NCBI GenBank assembly: GCA_964393205.1
Contig: CAYMSV010000001.1
Coordinates: 173,764 to 237,763, forward strand
Direction of reading: 5' to 3'
Length of the DNA stretch: 64,000 bases
Origin: an uncultured Pseudomonadales bacterium
GTDB lineage: Bacteria; Patescibacteriota; Microgenomatia; UBA1400; PJMF01
Part shown: positions 46,954 through 56,767 of the stretch, one piece after another
How the letters are laid out: each line of letters starts with the position of its first letter
Numbering within the stretch: the stretch's first letter is position 1
Translations under genes and position numbers: made by a program
The notes under the pieces: generated by a model
What the model was told of the DNA's origin: nothing
Seen by the model: only the letters and a program-made list of their open reading frames with translations
Database searches by the model: none

Positions 46954-48375
46954 TTAATCCAAAGCATGAGTGTTAGATCCTTCTTGCCAATTAACTGTCG
47001 AATATTGTTTAAGTATCGACTTCAACTCTTCTTTTAATTCTTGATATTGCTCTTTAGTTTTAGCTTCAAACTTAACAGTTACATAGGGGCCATTTTGTGA
47101 AGCACGAATGATTGCCATTTTTTCAGGCAAATCCATTCTAATACCATCAATATTAGTGTATTTAGCTTTTGGCCAATGTTTTTGGAAATCTTCAGTAATT
47201 TCTTTATCAATGAGTTGAAATTTAATTTCATCAGGCAATCCCAGTTTAATTTCTGGACTGCTAATATATTGAGGTAATTCTGCCACTGCCTGACTGAGTT
47301 TAATGTCTTTTCTTTCTAAATAGCTTAATAAACGCAAACAAGCATAGGCGGCGTCATCATGTCCATAAAAATTATCCATAAAAAAGATATGACCTGACAA
47401 TTCTCCACCAAAAGGAGATCGTTCTTCTTTTACTTTAGCTTTGATAAAGGAATGACCAGTTAGCCAGATGATTCCCTCACCTCCAGCCTTTTCAATAGTC
47501 TCATGAACTTGACGTGAGCAAAGAGTGTTATAAATGATCTTACTACCTGGCAAAAAGTCCAAAACGTCTTTGGCAAACAAAGCGACTATGGTATCCATCC
47601 ACAAAATTTGTCCATCTTCATCAACCACTGACATGCGATCACCATCAGCATCAAAAGCAAAGCCTAAATCAGCACCAGATTCTTTAACCCCCTTGGCTAG
47701 GCGTTTAAGCACACTTAATTCAGTAGGATCAGGATGTCCTAGGGGAAAATCTGAATCTAGTTCGCAATTTTGTTCAATCACCTCACAACCAGCCTCTCTA
47801 AATATATCTGGATAAAAAGCTCCTCCAGCTCCATTACAAGCATCCACTACAATTTTCCATTTTTTCTTGAGAGAAAAAAGTTTAAGAAGTTGTTGATTAT
47901 AAGCTTGATTGATATTTTCTTGACGATTAGAGCCATCTCCACTTACAAAATCTTTTGTTTTGGCTATGGCTTGTAATTCTTTAATTTCTTCAGTGACCAT
48001 GGTGTCAGAATAACCAACACTCATTTTTAAACCATTAAATTCTTTAGGATTGTGGGAGGCAGTAACCATTGCTCCACCCTTAGTTTTAAATTCATAGGAA
48101 GAATAATAAACAATTTGGCTTAAGCTCAGGCCTATATCTATAGTATCAATACCACTTTCATTGAGCCCACTAATAAAAGCTTTGGTATATTTTTCACCAT
48201 TGTGGCGATTATCTCTGCCAACAGCAGCCTCTTTAATTCGCCTTTTACTAAGAAAAGTTCCATAAGCTCGGCCCAAAGTATAATAAACATTTTCATTAAG
48301 GTCTTTGTCAATTAAACCTCGCAAATCATAGCCGCGAAAAATATTTGGGTTAATGTGGTCAACAATTTGGTACAT
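46954..48375 (-). CDS. phosphomannomutase/phosphoglucomutase (alpha-D-phosphohexomutase)
   Basis: TASHNP active-site Ser loop; GDGDR metal loop; sugar-binding loop. Confidence 0.85.
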   Translation of the reverse strand: MYQIVDHINPNIFRGYDLRGLIDKDLNENVYYTLGRAYGTFLSKRRIKEAAVGRDNRHNGEKYTKAFISGLNESGIDTIDIGLSLSQIVYYSSYEFKTKGGAMVTASHNPKEFNGLKMSVGYSDTMVTEEIKELQAIAKTKDFVSGDGSNRQENINQAYNQQLLKLFSLKKKWKIVVDACNGAGGAFYPDIFREAGCEVIEQNCELDSDFPLGHPDPTELSVLKRLAKGVKESGADLGFAFDADGDRMSVVDEDGQILWMDTIVALFAKDVLDFLPGSKIIYNTLCSRQVHETIEKAGGEGIIWLTGHSFIKAKVKEERSPFGGELSGHIFFMDNFYGHDDAAYACLRLLSYLERKDIKLSQAVAELPQYISSPEIKLGLPDEIKFQLIDKEITEDFQKHWPKAKYTNIDGIRMDLPEKMAIIRASQNGPYVTVKFEAKTKEQYQELKEELKSILKQYSTVNWQEGSNTHALD

Positions 48376-48404
48376 TTTTATGCCTTTCTTGTACTAAGTT
48401 TAAT

Positions 48405-49094
48405 CTACAGAGTTATTAAAAGAAGGTCAAGTTCACTAGCTAAGCTCAGTAAATTATGTGAGTGTTTGAGTTTATGATCTAAGTTATAAAGTTTTTGGTG
48501 AAAATTTAGCAGTTGTCTTAGTGAAAAGTTTTGCTTTTGTTTTTCAAGCTTATTTTTAACAAAAGGGTGTATTTTGACTTGGGCATCAACTTTGATAGCA
48601 ATCAAGTCACTAACTCTTTTACTAATCATGCTCAGACAAAATTCTGCAGAATCTTGTTCAATAGCTTGCTGAAGTAATAATAATTGGCCTTTTTTAGCGC
48701 TTGGTTTGGGGTTGAGTTGATCAACTAATTGCCACAGCGCCTTTCCCATTGGATAGGAGAATACTTTAGCTTGAGGAAATTTTTTTAAGTTATTTTTACT
48801 TAAGGATTTTTTTTCCCACAAAATAATATTTAAAAACTGACTAGCTTGTTGAATAGATTCAATATAGGTGCTTCTTTTTTTACTGTGAGGTAGAGAGTGT
48901 AGTTGTTCGATGATTAGACACTGCTCTTGGCCAAAGAGATCTTTAGCGAGTAAAGATTCTTCCAATTTTTGTGGACTAATTTTTTTAGCCAGCAGTGTGT
49001 TTAGTTGCTGCCCATTGCTTTGAGCTAGCTGTTTTAATTGAAACAACCTTTCTCTTGATTTGATTAAATTTTCACCATGGACAATAGTTAGCAT
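48405..49094 (-). CDS. hypothetical protein, possibly a DNA polymerase III delta-subunit-like protein
   Basis: The N-terminus LTIVHGENLIKSRERL resembles HolA N-termini; weak. Confidence 0.3.
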   Translation of the reverse strand: MLTIVHGENLIKSRERLFQLKQLAQSNGQQLNTLLAKKISPQKLEESLLAKDLFGQEQCLIIEQLHSLPHSKKRSTYIESIQQASQFLNIILWEKKSLSKNNLKKFPQAKVFSYPMGKALWQLVDQLNPKPSAKKGQLLLLQQAIEQDSAEFCLSMISKRVSDLIAIKVDAQVKIHPFVKNKLEKQKQNFSLRQLLNFHQKLYNLDHKLKHSHNLLSLASELDLLLITL

Positions 49095-49099
49095 CTTCT

Positions 49100-49759
49100 T
49101 TAATTATATAGTCTTTTTTTAAGCACAGCTCTATGCTTTTTATAATGAGGGTCAAATTTATTTACTAGTAACCAGAATTTTTTAGAATGATTGGCTTGTT
49201 GACGATGAGCTAGTTCATGAATAATGACATAGTTGATAATTGCTGGTGAATAATGAACTAGTCGCCAATTAAAATTTAAATTACCTTGACTGCTACAACT
49301 TCCCCAGCGTGATTTTTGTTGACGAATGCTAATTCTTTGATAGTTAATATCCATTTTCTCGGCAAGATCAGCAGTTTTTTGGCTTAGATATTTAGTAGCT
49401 GTGTTTTTGAGAAAGCTCTCTAGCCTAGTTTGATAAGAACCAGGTGTAATTTGATTAATGATTAGTTTTTGCCCTTCAATACTGATGCCGCTTGCTTTTT
49501 TTTGATCAGCTTCAACCACAATTTGAAATTTTTTGCCAAAAATATAAATTTCATCGTCAGCAATTTGAGTTTGTAGTTTTGCTACTTGAGCCTGTTTTTT
49601 TAGGATCCAAGTTTCTTGCTGTTTGAGAAACTTTTCAATGATTAAGTTTGGATAAAGTTTTGGAGCAGAGACCAGAACTTTGCCCTTTGAATCAATGCTG
49701 ATTCTGATAGATCTTGATCTAGGGTTTTTTTTCAACTGATAATTAAAATTTAATGCCAC
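49100..49759 (-). CDS. YgjP/DUF45-family predicted zinc metallohydrolase
   Basis: The HELAH zinc motif preceded by IINYVIIHELAHRQQANHS is typical of DUF45/WLM-like proteins. Confidence 0.65.
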   Translation of the reverse strand: MALNFNYQLKKNPRSRSIRISIDSKGKVLVSAPKLYPNLIIEKFLKQQETWILKKQAQVAKLQTQIADDEIYIFGKKFQIVVEADQKKASGISIEGQKLIINQITPGSYQTRLESFLKNTATKYLSQKTADLAEKMDINYQRISIRQQKSRWGSCSSQGNLNFNWRLVHYSPAIINYVIIHELAHRQQANHSKKFWLLVNKFDPHYKKHRAVLKKRLYN

Positions 49760-49871
49760 AGCCCTAGCTTAAGAAAAATCAGCCAAAAGTCAATTAGCGA
49801 TCGTCTCCCATCTTATCTAAATTCAAGAGATCAGTTATAATAATGAGCTTTTAGTTTTGCAAAACTTAAAA

Positions 49872-49955
49872 GCCGAAGTGGCGGAATGGTAGACGCGCAC
49901 GGCTTAGGACCGTGTGAGGCAACTCATGGAGGTTCGATTCCTCTCTTCGGCACCA
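49872..49955 (+). tRNA. tRNA-Leu(UAG), CCA encoded
   Basis: Type II tRNA; anticodon loop CUUAGGA; 3' CCA present. Confidence 0.85.
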
Positions 49956-49970
49956 AGAAAAATTAGTCAC

Positions 49971-50000
49971 AAAAAAACCCGCTTAATTGCGGGGTTTTTT
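49971..50000. terminator. bidirectional intrinsic terminator
   Basis: A-tract, then CCCGCTTAATTGCGGGG hairpin, then T-tract. Confidence 0.8.
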
Positions 50001-50121
50001 GAGCTCAGAACGTGACTTCGGTGAGGAAGAACCTTCTGAGATGATATTATTATAACAAAAACTATAAGGATGTCAAGTTTTTAGGAGACAAAATTGATTA
50101 AATCTGTAAATTATTGAATTT

Positions 50122-50817
50122 TTATTGTTTGTTAGTGAATTCTAGGACGCTAGTATTAACTTTTTCACTACGACCCATATCTCGATCGTTATAGCGAATT
50201 TCAGCCATCCATTGGTTAACTGAATTGGCCCAAGAACCATTGCTAAAGGGAGTGTATTTACTTTCAATTAAGCTGACAGTATCCAAACCCTGATCAATAT
50301 AGTTTTGTTTTAATTCTCTACCTGCCCGTTCGAAACCAGCCTCATAGCTTTCAAAATCTAAAGTTCCTCGACTATGAATACCAAAACCAAGACAATTATT
50401 GGGAGCCTTAGGATTAGTAGCACGACAAAGATTTGATTCTTGCATAGCGATGGCGGGTAATAGGCGAAAATCTAAACCATGTCTATCTGCGATTTCGACT
50501 AGTTTCTGACCATAATAAATGTATGGAGTCATTGGAGAATTATGTCTTTCCAAAAACTTAGCAATTAGTTCTGCTCTAGCATCTTCACTTTCAACAACGC
50601 TGGTCACAGTTTGTCCGAGAGTGCCAGTGTCGCTAGCTTGATGGCCATCAAGAATTTGGTTGGCTAATAGTTGTTCGTTCCAATCATTATTTATTTTTAA
50701 CAAGTGATTGTAGCTAGCGCTTGCAAGAAAAATAATAGCGCTAGTGAAACAAATCCAGGCCAAGCTATAAAACAAATAGATAAAGGCAGACTTTTTTGTT
50801 TTTTTTTGATCACTCAT
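50122..50817 (-). CDS. secreted/membrane-anchored lysozyme-like (lytic-transglycosylase-like) protein. An in-frame start also exists upstream at 50910.
   Basis: N-terminal TM segment; the AIAMQESN...GFGI region resembles the SLT catalytic Glu region. Confidence 0.4.
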   Translation of the reverse strand: MSDQKKTKKSAFIYLFYSLAWICFTSAIIFLASASYNHLLKINNDWNEQLLANQILDGHQASDTGTLGQTVTSVVESEDARAELIAKFLERHNSPMTPYIYYGQKLVEIADRHGLDFRLLPAIAMQESNLCRATNPKAPNNCLGFGIHSRGTLDFESYEAGFERAGRELKQNYIDQGLDTVSLIESKYTPFSNGSWANSVNQWMAEIRYNDRDMGRSEKVNTSVLEFTNKQ

Positions 50818-50895
50818 ATTATAATTTCTCGCATTGCTATCATATAACAGTAAATTGACTTTAACAAGAATTTTTGATAAAATTATCTTAATAAA

Positions 50896-51882
50896 ATGTT
50901 GAAATATCAATCTAAATTAGTGTTTTTTATTTTTTGTTCTGTGTTGTGCTGGATGCTTAGCTCTAAAGCCATATTAGCTAATGGAGGCAAATTGGGCATG
51001 CATATTCTTCAAACAGAAGAAATTACCGAGGTGAGAGCTATTTTTGAAGATGATGTTTGGCGTTATGTGACTATTCCACTGACTTTGGAAGAAACTAAAA
51101 ATTGGCGACGTTGGCAAAAATTTTTTGATCAAGCTCATCAACAAAAACTAATCCCTATTATTCGCTTAGCTACTCATTATGATCCTGAGCAGGATTTTTG
51201 GACCATCCCTACTCGTAAAGATATTGTTGCTTTAGTAGATTTTTTATCAAGTCTTAATTGGCATCAAGAAGAAAAATTAGTGATTGTATTTAATGAGGTT
51301 AATCATGCTAAAGAATGGGGTGGGAAAATAGATCCACTTACTTATACTCATATTTTAAAATTTACCAGTAGCTGGTTGCGCAGTGAAAACCTAAATTATA
51401 AGGTTTTACCAGCAGCTATGGATTTAGCAGCTAGCGATGTTTTTCCATCTATGGAGGCTTTTAATTATCTAGAAACAATGTATTTAATTGATGCTGAAAT
51501 ATTTGAATATGTTGACTATTGGAACTCTCATTCTTATCCAAATCCTGGTTTTAGTGCTTCTCCAAAAAAAACTGGAAAAAACTCCCTTCGTGGTTTTGAT
51601 TATGAGTTGAACTATTTGAAAAACAAAACTGATCAAGATTATCAAGTTTTTATTACTGAAACGGGTTGGGTTTCTAATTATTTAATTAATTTTTACTTAA
51701 GTGATTACTATTTATATGCTCTACAACATATTTGGAGTGATGATCGTGTCAAGGCAGTTACGCCTTTTGTAATGAGGGGTGCACCGGGTCCTTTTGCTTC
51801 TTTTAGCTTTTTTGATGCAGAAGAAAGACCAACTATTCATGCTTATGCAGTAAAAAAAGCCTTAAAAAATTTGCTTCCTTGA
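50896..51882 (+). CDS. secreted glycoside hydrolase, clan GH-A (GH5-like) TIM barrel
   Basis: Signal peptide; NEVN (the NEP acid/base region) and ITETGW (the TExG nucleophile region). Confidence 0.5.
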   Translation: MLKYQSKLVFFIFCSVLCWMLSSKAILANGGKLGMHILQTEEITEVRAIFEDDVWRYVTIPLTLEETKNWRRWQKFFDQAHQQKLIPIIRLATHYDPEQDFWTIPTRKDIVALVDFLSSLNWHQEEKLVIVFNEVNHAKEWGGKIDPLTYTHILKFTSSWLRSENLNYKVLPAAMDLAASDVFPSMEAFNYLETMYLIDAEIFEYVDYWNSHSYPNPGFSASPKKTGKNSLRGFDYELNYLKNKTDQDYQVFITETGWVSNYLINFYLSDYYLYALQHIWSDDRVKAVTPFVMRGAPGPFASFSFFDAEERPTIHAYAVKKALKNLLP

Positions 51883-51926
51883 TTTAGCTAAACAATCGTT
51901 TAAAATAATAATTAATTGTTAAAATT

Positions 51927-51997
51927 GCGGGCGTAGTACATCGGTAGTATATCTCCCTTCCAAGGAGAAGAGGCCAGTTCGATTCTGGTCGCCCGCT
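51927..51997 (+). tRNA. tRNA-Gly(UCC)
   Basis: Cloverleaf; anticodon loop CUUCCAA. Confidence 0.8.
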
Positions 51998-52115
51998 CAG
52001 AAAACAAAATAATTTTTTGAAAAATATTTCATTTGTAAGTTTGGCAAAGTAGACTTTTATCAAGAGAATTCCCCTCCATGTAAGAACATGGAGGGGATGT
52101 TCACTGACTATTTTA

Positions 52116-52346
52116 CTATTTAAGAAAAATAGCAGCGATTATTAAGAGAATAACAATCCCCCAAAAAATAGCTAGTTGAGCAATAAAAAATACCGCGATC
52201 GCAGCGATCACGCTTAATATTATCCCAACTATCAACCCTTCCGATTTAATTTTATTTTTTTCTGAGTTATTGACTGTTATGCCTATCCCCACTATGAAGA
52301 CGATTACTGCTGCAATCGCTCCTGCACCTACTAGAAAGTCGCCCAT
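52116..52346 (-). CDS. small hydrophobic membrane protein
   Basis: 76 aa with 2-3 TM helices. Confidence 0.4.
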   Translation of the reverse strand: MGDFLVGAGAIAAVIVFIVGIGITVNNSEKNKIKSEGLIVGIILSVIAAIAVFFIAQLAIFWGIVILLIIAAIFLK

Positions 52347-52517
52347 GTTTAGCCTCCTTTGAAAATCTAATAAACCGATGGTTGAGTTGAGCTATTTTGT
52401 TAAGGTTCTCTCTAGAGTATTATAAAAAATTTCAACAATAAAGTCAACAAAATAACTTTAATTATAGGTTTAAAATTTTCACTTTTCTCTTGATTCTCTC
52501 CTATCCTTTCTGCTTTA

Positions 52518-53492
52518 ATGGAAGTAATGCTCAATTTTTTATTATTTTTTCTTGCTTTATTTTTACTGTGGTTAGGAGCTGAATGTGTTATTAAAGCAGC
52601 ACTTAAAATTGCTAAATCTCTAGCCTTGTCCGAAGGTTTTATTGGTTTGACTATAGTAGCAATTGGTACTAGTTTCCCAGAAATTGTAATTTCGGTAACT
52701 GGTGCTGTGCAGAACTTGCAAGGTGGAGATACTAGTCAGATAGTGATAGGTAGTGTTATTGGTTCGGGTATGGCCAATTTAGCCCTGGTATTAGGTACTT
52801 TAGGTTTATTCAAAGTGATTAGACTTAAAAGAACCCAACTATTATTTGATGTTTTAATGTTGGTTTTATCGACAACTGTTTTTTATTTAGTTAGTCAGGA
52901 TGGTCTGATCACTCGCCAAGATGGAATTCTATTAATACTCTTTTATTTGGTCTATTTAATTTTTTTAAACAGACAAAATTTGAAAAAGCAATTGGCCCAC
53001 AGTAAAAAGAAAATTAAAAAGAATTCTAAAAAAACTAAAAAAGTCAAACTTATTTATTTTGCTCAGCTAATTCTTGGTTTAATAATTTTAACCAAAGCCT
53101 CTCAATTAGTTTTGGACAATGGGGTTGTTATTGCAGAGAATTTGGGTGTTAACGAAATGTTGGTGGGTATTTTATTGGTTGGTTTAGGTAGTAGTTTGCC
53201 GGAGCTAATGGTATCAATGAGTGCCGTACTTAAAGGTTCTACTGCTCTATCTCTTAATAACTTGATTGGTAGTAATATTTTAAATGTCTTCCTAGCTTTA
53301 GGCATCAGTAGTACTGTTAGCACTTGGGAGGTTAGTCGACAAGTGGTGCGTTTTGATATTCCCTATTTGCTCTTCACATCGATTATTGCGGTCTTATTTT
53401 TGTTTAGTAAAAATAAGTTTCAGCGTAACGAATCATTGCTAATGATCGCCTTATATGCAATTTTCATTGTTTTGAAAGTCTCTGGTTTTTAG
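52518..53492 (+). CDS. CaCA-family cation (Na+/Ca2+) antiporter
   Basis: Two alpha-repeats with GTSFPE and GSSLPE motifs. Confidence 0.8.
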   Translation: MEVMLNFLLFFLALFLLWLGAECVIKAALKIAKSLALSEGFIGLTIVAIGTSFPEIVISVTGAVQNLQGGDTSQIVIGSVIGSGMANLALVLGTLGLFKVIRLKRTQLLFDVLMLVLSTTVFYLVSQDGLITRQDGILLILFYLVYLIFLNRQNLKKQLAHSKKKIKKNSKKTKKVKLIYFAQLILGLIILTKASQLVLDNGVVIAENLGVNEMLVGILLVGLGSSLPELMVSMSAVLKGSTALSLNNLIGSNILNVFLALGISSTVSTWEVSRQVVRFDIPYLLFTSIIAVLFLFSKNKFQRNESLLMIALYAIFIVLKVSGF

Positions 53493-53521
53493 TTTTAAGC
53501 GTAATATAATATCCTTGATTT

Positions 53522-54616
53522 ATGCAAAAAAATTGGCAAAAAATGCAAGATGATCTATTTTTTACTGATCAGCTTCTATTGCGAGAACAAGTAATTAAAG
53601 CGATTAGGAAGTTCTTTGACCAAAATCATTTTCATGAAGTGGAAACGCCACTCTTGGTTAAATCCCCAGGTAGTGAACCTTATTTAGAGGTTTTTGCTAC
53701 TAAACTGAAAGATGAATTGGGAAAAGAGCAAGCAGCTTATCTTTTGACTAGTCCAGAATATGCCATGAAAAAATTATTAGTGGCTGGTTTGGGCAAGATA
53801 TATCAAGTTTGTAAAAGTTTTCGTAATCAAGAAAGTTTTGGATCAAATCATAATCCAGAGTTCACTATTTTAGAGTGGTATCGTAGCAATGCCGATTATC
53901 GGGATATCATGGATGACTTTGCTCAATTAATGTTGTTTATTAGCCAAGAGCTGCAAAAATATTATCGAGAAAAGGATGATAAATTTGCTAAGAGCATCTT
54001 ATCTAGATTGCAAGATAATCAGGTGGAGTATTTATCTAGAACCTATGATTTAACAGTGCCTTATCACAAAATGACGGTGGCCGAAGCTTTTAATAAATAT
54101 TTAAAAATAAATGAAAATGAATTATTAGATGAAGCAAAACTTTATAAGCTTTCGCAGCAACTCAACTATCCCTTGAATAATAAAGAAAGTTGGGATGATT
54201 TGTTTTATCAGTTATTTCTCAATGAAATTGAGCCAGAATTAGCAAAATTGGATCATCCAGTTATCATTTATGATTATCCCCTATCTCAGGCAGCTTTAGC
54301 TAAGAAAAAACAAAATAATTCAAATTTTGCTGAACGCTTTGAAGTTTATTTGGCTGGATTGGAATTGGGTAATGCCTTTAGTGAATTGACGGATGCTGAA
54401 GAACAAGAGCAACGCTTAAAATCTGAATTACAATTACGTCAAAAACTAGCTAAAACTAGCTATGATCTAGATCAGGATTTTATTAAGGCCTTGAAAACAG
54501 GCATGCCAGAATCTGGGGGAATTGCTGTAGGAGTAGATCGCTTAATTATGTTTTTTGCTGGAGTAACTGATATTAATGATGTACTCTTTTTTCCAGCTAG
54601 AGAAATATTTGATTAA
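53522..54616 (+). CDS. epmA: EF-P lysine34 lysyltransferase (PoxA/GenX, truncated class II LysRS paralog)
   Basis: EVETPLL, LTSPEYAMKKLLVAG, SFRNQES and NPEFTILEWY are collinear with EpmA; located next to efp. Confidence 0.8.
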   Translation: MQKNWQKMQDDLFFTDQLLLREQVIKAIRKFFDQNHFHEVETPLLVKSPGSEPYLEVFATKLKDELGKEQAAYLLTSPEYAMKKLLVAGLGKIYQVCKSFRNQESFGSNHNPEFTILEWYRSNADYRDIMDDFAQLMLFISQELQKYYREKDDKFAKSILSRLQDNQVEYLSRTYDLTVPYHKMTVAEAFNKYLKINENELLDEAKLYKLSQQLNYPLNNKESWDDLFYQLFLNEIEPELAKLDHPVIIYDYPLSQAALAKKKQNNSNFAERFEVYLAGLELGNAFSELTDAEEQEQRLKSELQLRQKLAKTSYDLDQDFIKALKTGMPESGGIAVGVDRLIMFFAGVTDINDVLFFPAREIFD

Positions 54617-54697
54617 CTATAATTTATGAAGAATAAAAATGCTTTAACTTGACTTGTCAATGATTTTAAGCTTTAATAACTCGATCAAAAAGAACTT

Positions 54698-55264
54698 ATG
54701 TCAAACATCAAAGCTGGCAACATCAAAAAAGGTAGCTATATTTTACATAGAAATCAACCCCATCTGGTGTTATATGTAAAATTTGTTTCACCGGGAAAAG
54801 GTTCGGCTTTTTCTAAAGTAAAAATGCGCAATATGCGTAGTGGAGCTAACGTCGAATTTAGTTTTAAATCACATGATTCTGTAGAAGAACTAGATGTTCA
54901 AAGCAAAGAAATGCAATTTCTTTATAAATCTGGTGATGAAATTATTTTTATGGATCCAGATAGTTATGAGCAAGTTGCTGTTCCAGCTGAACTTGTGGGA
55001 GATCAGGTAGCAATGCTCACTTCTGAATTAAAAATTTACGTAATTTTTTATGAAGATAAAGCCCTGGGTGTTAGTTTGCCACCAAAAGTTAAATTGAAAG
55101 TAACGAAGGCAGACGAAGCTACTGCTGGTGATCGACAAACTGCCGGTAAAAAACCAGTAACTATGGAGACTGGTTTAATTGTTCAAGCTCCTCTATTTAT
55201 TAAAGTAGGTGATGTTTTATCAATAGATACCACTAGTGGTGAGTATGTTTCTAGGGTCAATTAA
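54698..55264 (+). CDS. efp: elongation factor P
   Basis: N-terminus collinear with EF-P (KAGNIKKGSYILHRNQP...VKFVSPGKGSAF, with the modified Lys in PGKG). Confidence 0.9.
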   Translation: MSNIKAGNIKKGSYILHRNQPHLVLYVKFVSPGKGSAFSKVKMRNMRSGANVEFSFKSHDSVEELDVQSKEMQFLYKSGDEIIFMDPDSYEQVAVPAELVGDQVAMLTSELKIYVIFYEDKALGVSLPPKVKLKVTKADEATAGDRQTAGKKPVTMETGLIVQAPLFIKVGDVLSIDTTSGEYVSRVN

Positions 55265-55308
55265 TATTTTTTGGTATATAATAAACAACTGTTAATTAAT
55301 TAAGAAAT

Positions 55309-55382
55309 GGGTCCGTAGCTCAGTCGGTTAGAGCGACAGCCTTTTAAGCTGTGCGTCCCGGGTTCGAGTCCCGGCGGACTCA
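55309..55382 (+). tRNA. tRNA-Lys(UUU)
   Basis: Cloverleaf; anticodon loop CUUUUAA. Confidence 0.85.
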
Positions 55383-55480
55383 CTTTTGTCAATCAAGTGG
55401 TAATTAATAAAATAAAGGTGATTGTGAAAAACAGTTCTCCTGAAAATCGAGCGGTTTCAATTCCTAAGGAAGAGCAAAAA

Positions 55481-56695
55481 ATGACTCTTGCCGAATTTAA
55501 AAAAATTCGTGATTTTGTGAAGCTAAATGAAGCTGGGGCTTGGAATGAGACCCAAGCTTTGCGACAAAAATTTGAAGAATCATATGAGACTCTTTTTGCC
55601 AATTTAACCATTGAGTCAATCGAAGAAGCTAAATTAAAAAGTTTCGAAGTAATTTCAAAAACCTTAAATTTTCTTGAAAAAGTTATAAATTTTAGCGAAG
55701 TTGATCCTGGTCATGGACTTGGACATCTTGTGCGAGATTATTTACATGCTGTGATATTAGCAGAGATTTCAGAAATGGATGTAAAACAAGCTTATATTGG
55801 AATAATAGGTGGCGTATTACATGATATTTTGGGATGTACCTTGATTGAAAGATATTCAGAGAGCGAAAGAGCGGTTCGTCATGCTGAAGCAGGAGGTCTT
55901 TTGTTCCAAAAGATAAGTGAAGAAATTGGGGTTGATCAAAACGAAGCTTTACTTATTTATTATGCTATAGCCGCTCACACTAATTATTTAAAGCCGTCAA
56001 AAGTAGAATGTTCGGATGGAGTTGAACGTGAAATTCAACCTTATCGTGACACTAATAATGAGGGTGAACCTATTATGGCTATTTTGCTTACGAGATGGGC
56101 AGACCGATTTGATGTAAATGGTCCGTGTTTTGTTGGACGTCATTTTCTTACAATGATTGAAGAACATAAAGATTTTGGTGGAGGAACTTATTATCCTGTT
56201 AACTTTTTTGATCACATGAGACCCCTGTTAAGGAACAATGACGAAATAAAAGCTGATCCAAAAGGAAGAACTATGAGAGAACATCTTGCGATGTTTGCTA
56301 ATTCTCAGAGCAACGACTCACCCTATGGAAAATTTGATTATGGTGAGATGGCTAAAATGCGCGATGCTTATAAGGATCGTACATTAAGAATAATTGAAGC
56401 TTTTGACAATCCAATAAAGCTTTCTCCAGAAGAAGAGATGTTGTTGCTCTCTAGATGGACAAACTGGTTGTCTGAAAAAATAGAGCCTTCAGAGACAGCA
56501 AAAGATGGGTCTAAAAAACTCCAAGAAATGTTTTTTACCTTACCACAGGAAACCAAAGAGGCTTGGTTTAGCGCAATAAAAACAACGCTTAAAGAGTATG
56601 ATGAGTGGGCTAATGAAATGAGCACTGTTTTATTAAACTTTAATGAAGAAGAGCTTACTCTTCCAATACTGGGGGATATTAGAAAAATAATTTAA
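55481..56695 (+). CDS. hypothetical protein, possibly an HD-domain phosphohydrolase
   Basis: GHGLGH...VLHD... ordered His/Asp motifs; the start was chosen at the ATG with an AAGGAAG RBS. Confidence 0.4.
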   Translation: MTLAEFKKIRDFVKLNEAGAWNETQALRQKFEESYETLFANLTIESIEEAKLKSFEVISKTLNFLEKVINFSEVDPGHGLGHLVRDYLHAVILAEISEMDVKQAYIGIIGGVLHDILGCTLIERYSESERAVRHAEAGGLLFQKISEEIGVDQNEALLIYYAIAAHTNYLKPSKVECSDGVEREIQPYRDTNNEGEPIMAILLTRWADRFDVNGPCFVGRHFLTMIEEHKDFGGGTYYPVNFFDHMRPLLRNNDEIKADPKGRTMREHLAMFANSQSNDSPYGKFDYGEMAKMRDAYKDRTLRIIEAFDNPIKLSPEEEMLLLSRWTNWLSEKIEPSETAKDGSKKLQEMFFTLPQETKEAWFSAIKTTLKEYDEWANEMSTVLLNFNEEELTLPILGDIRKII

Positions 56696-56767
56696 AAATA
56701 AGGCTCAAATTTTAATAAGCTTGTCTTTTCCTTGCACTCTGGTTTTTTTATCGCTATAATTTAAACT

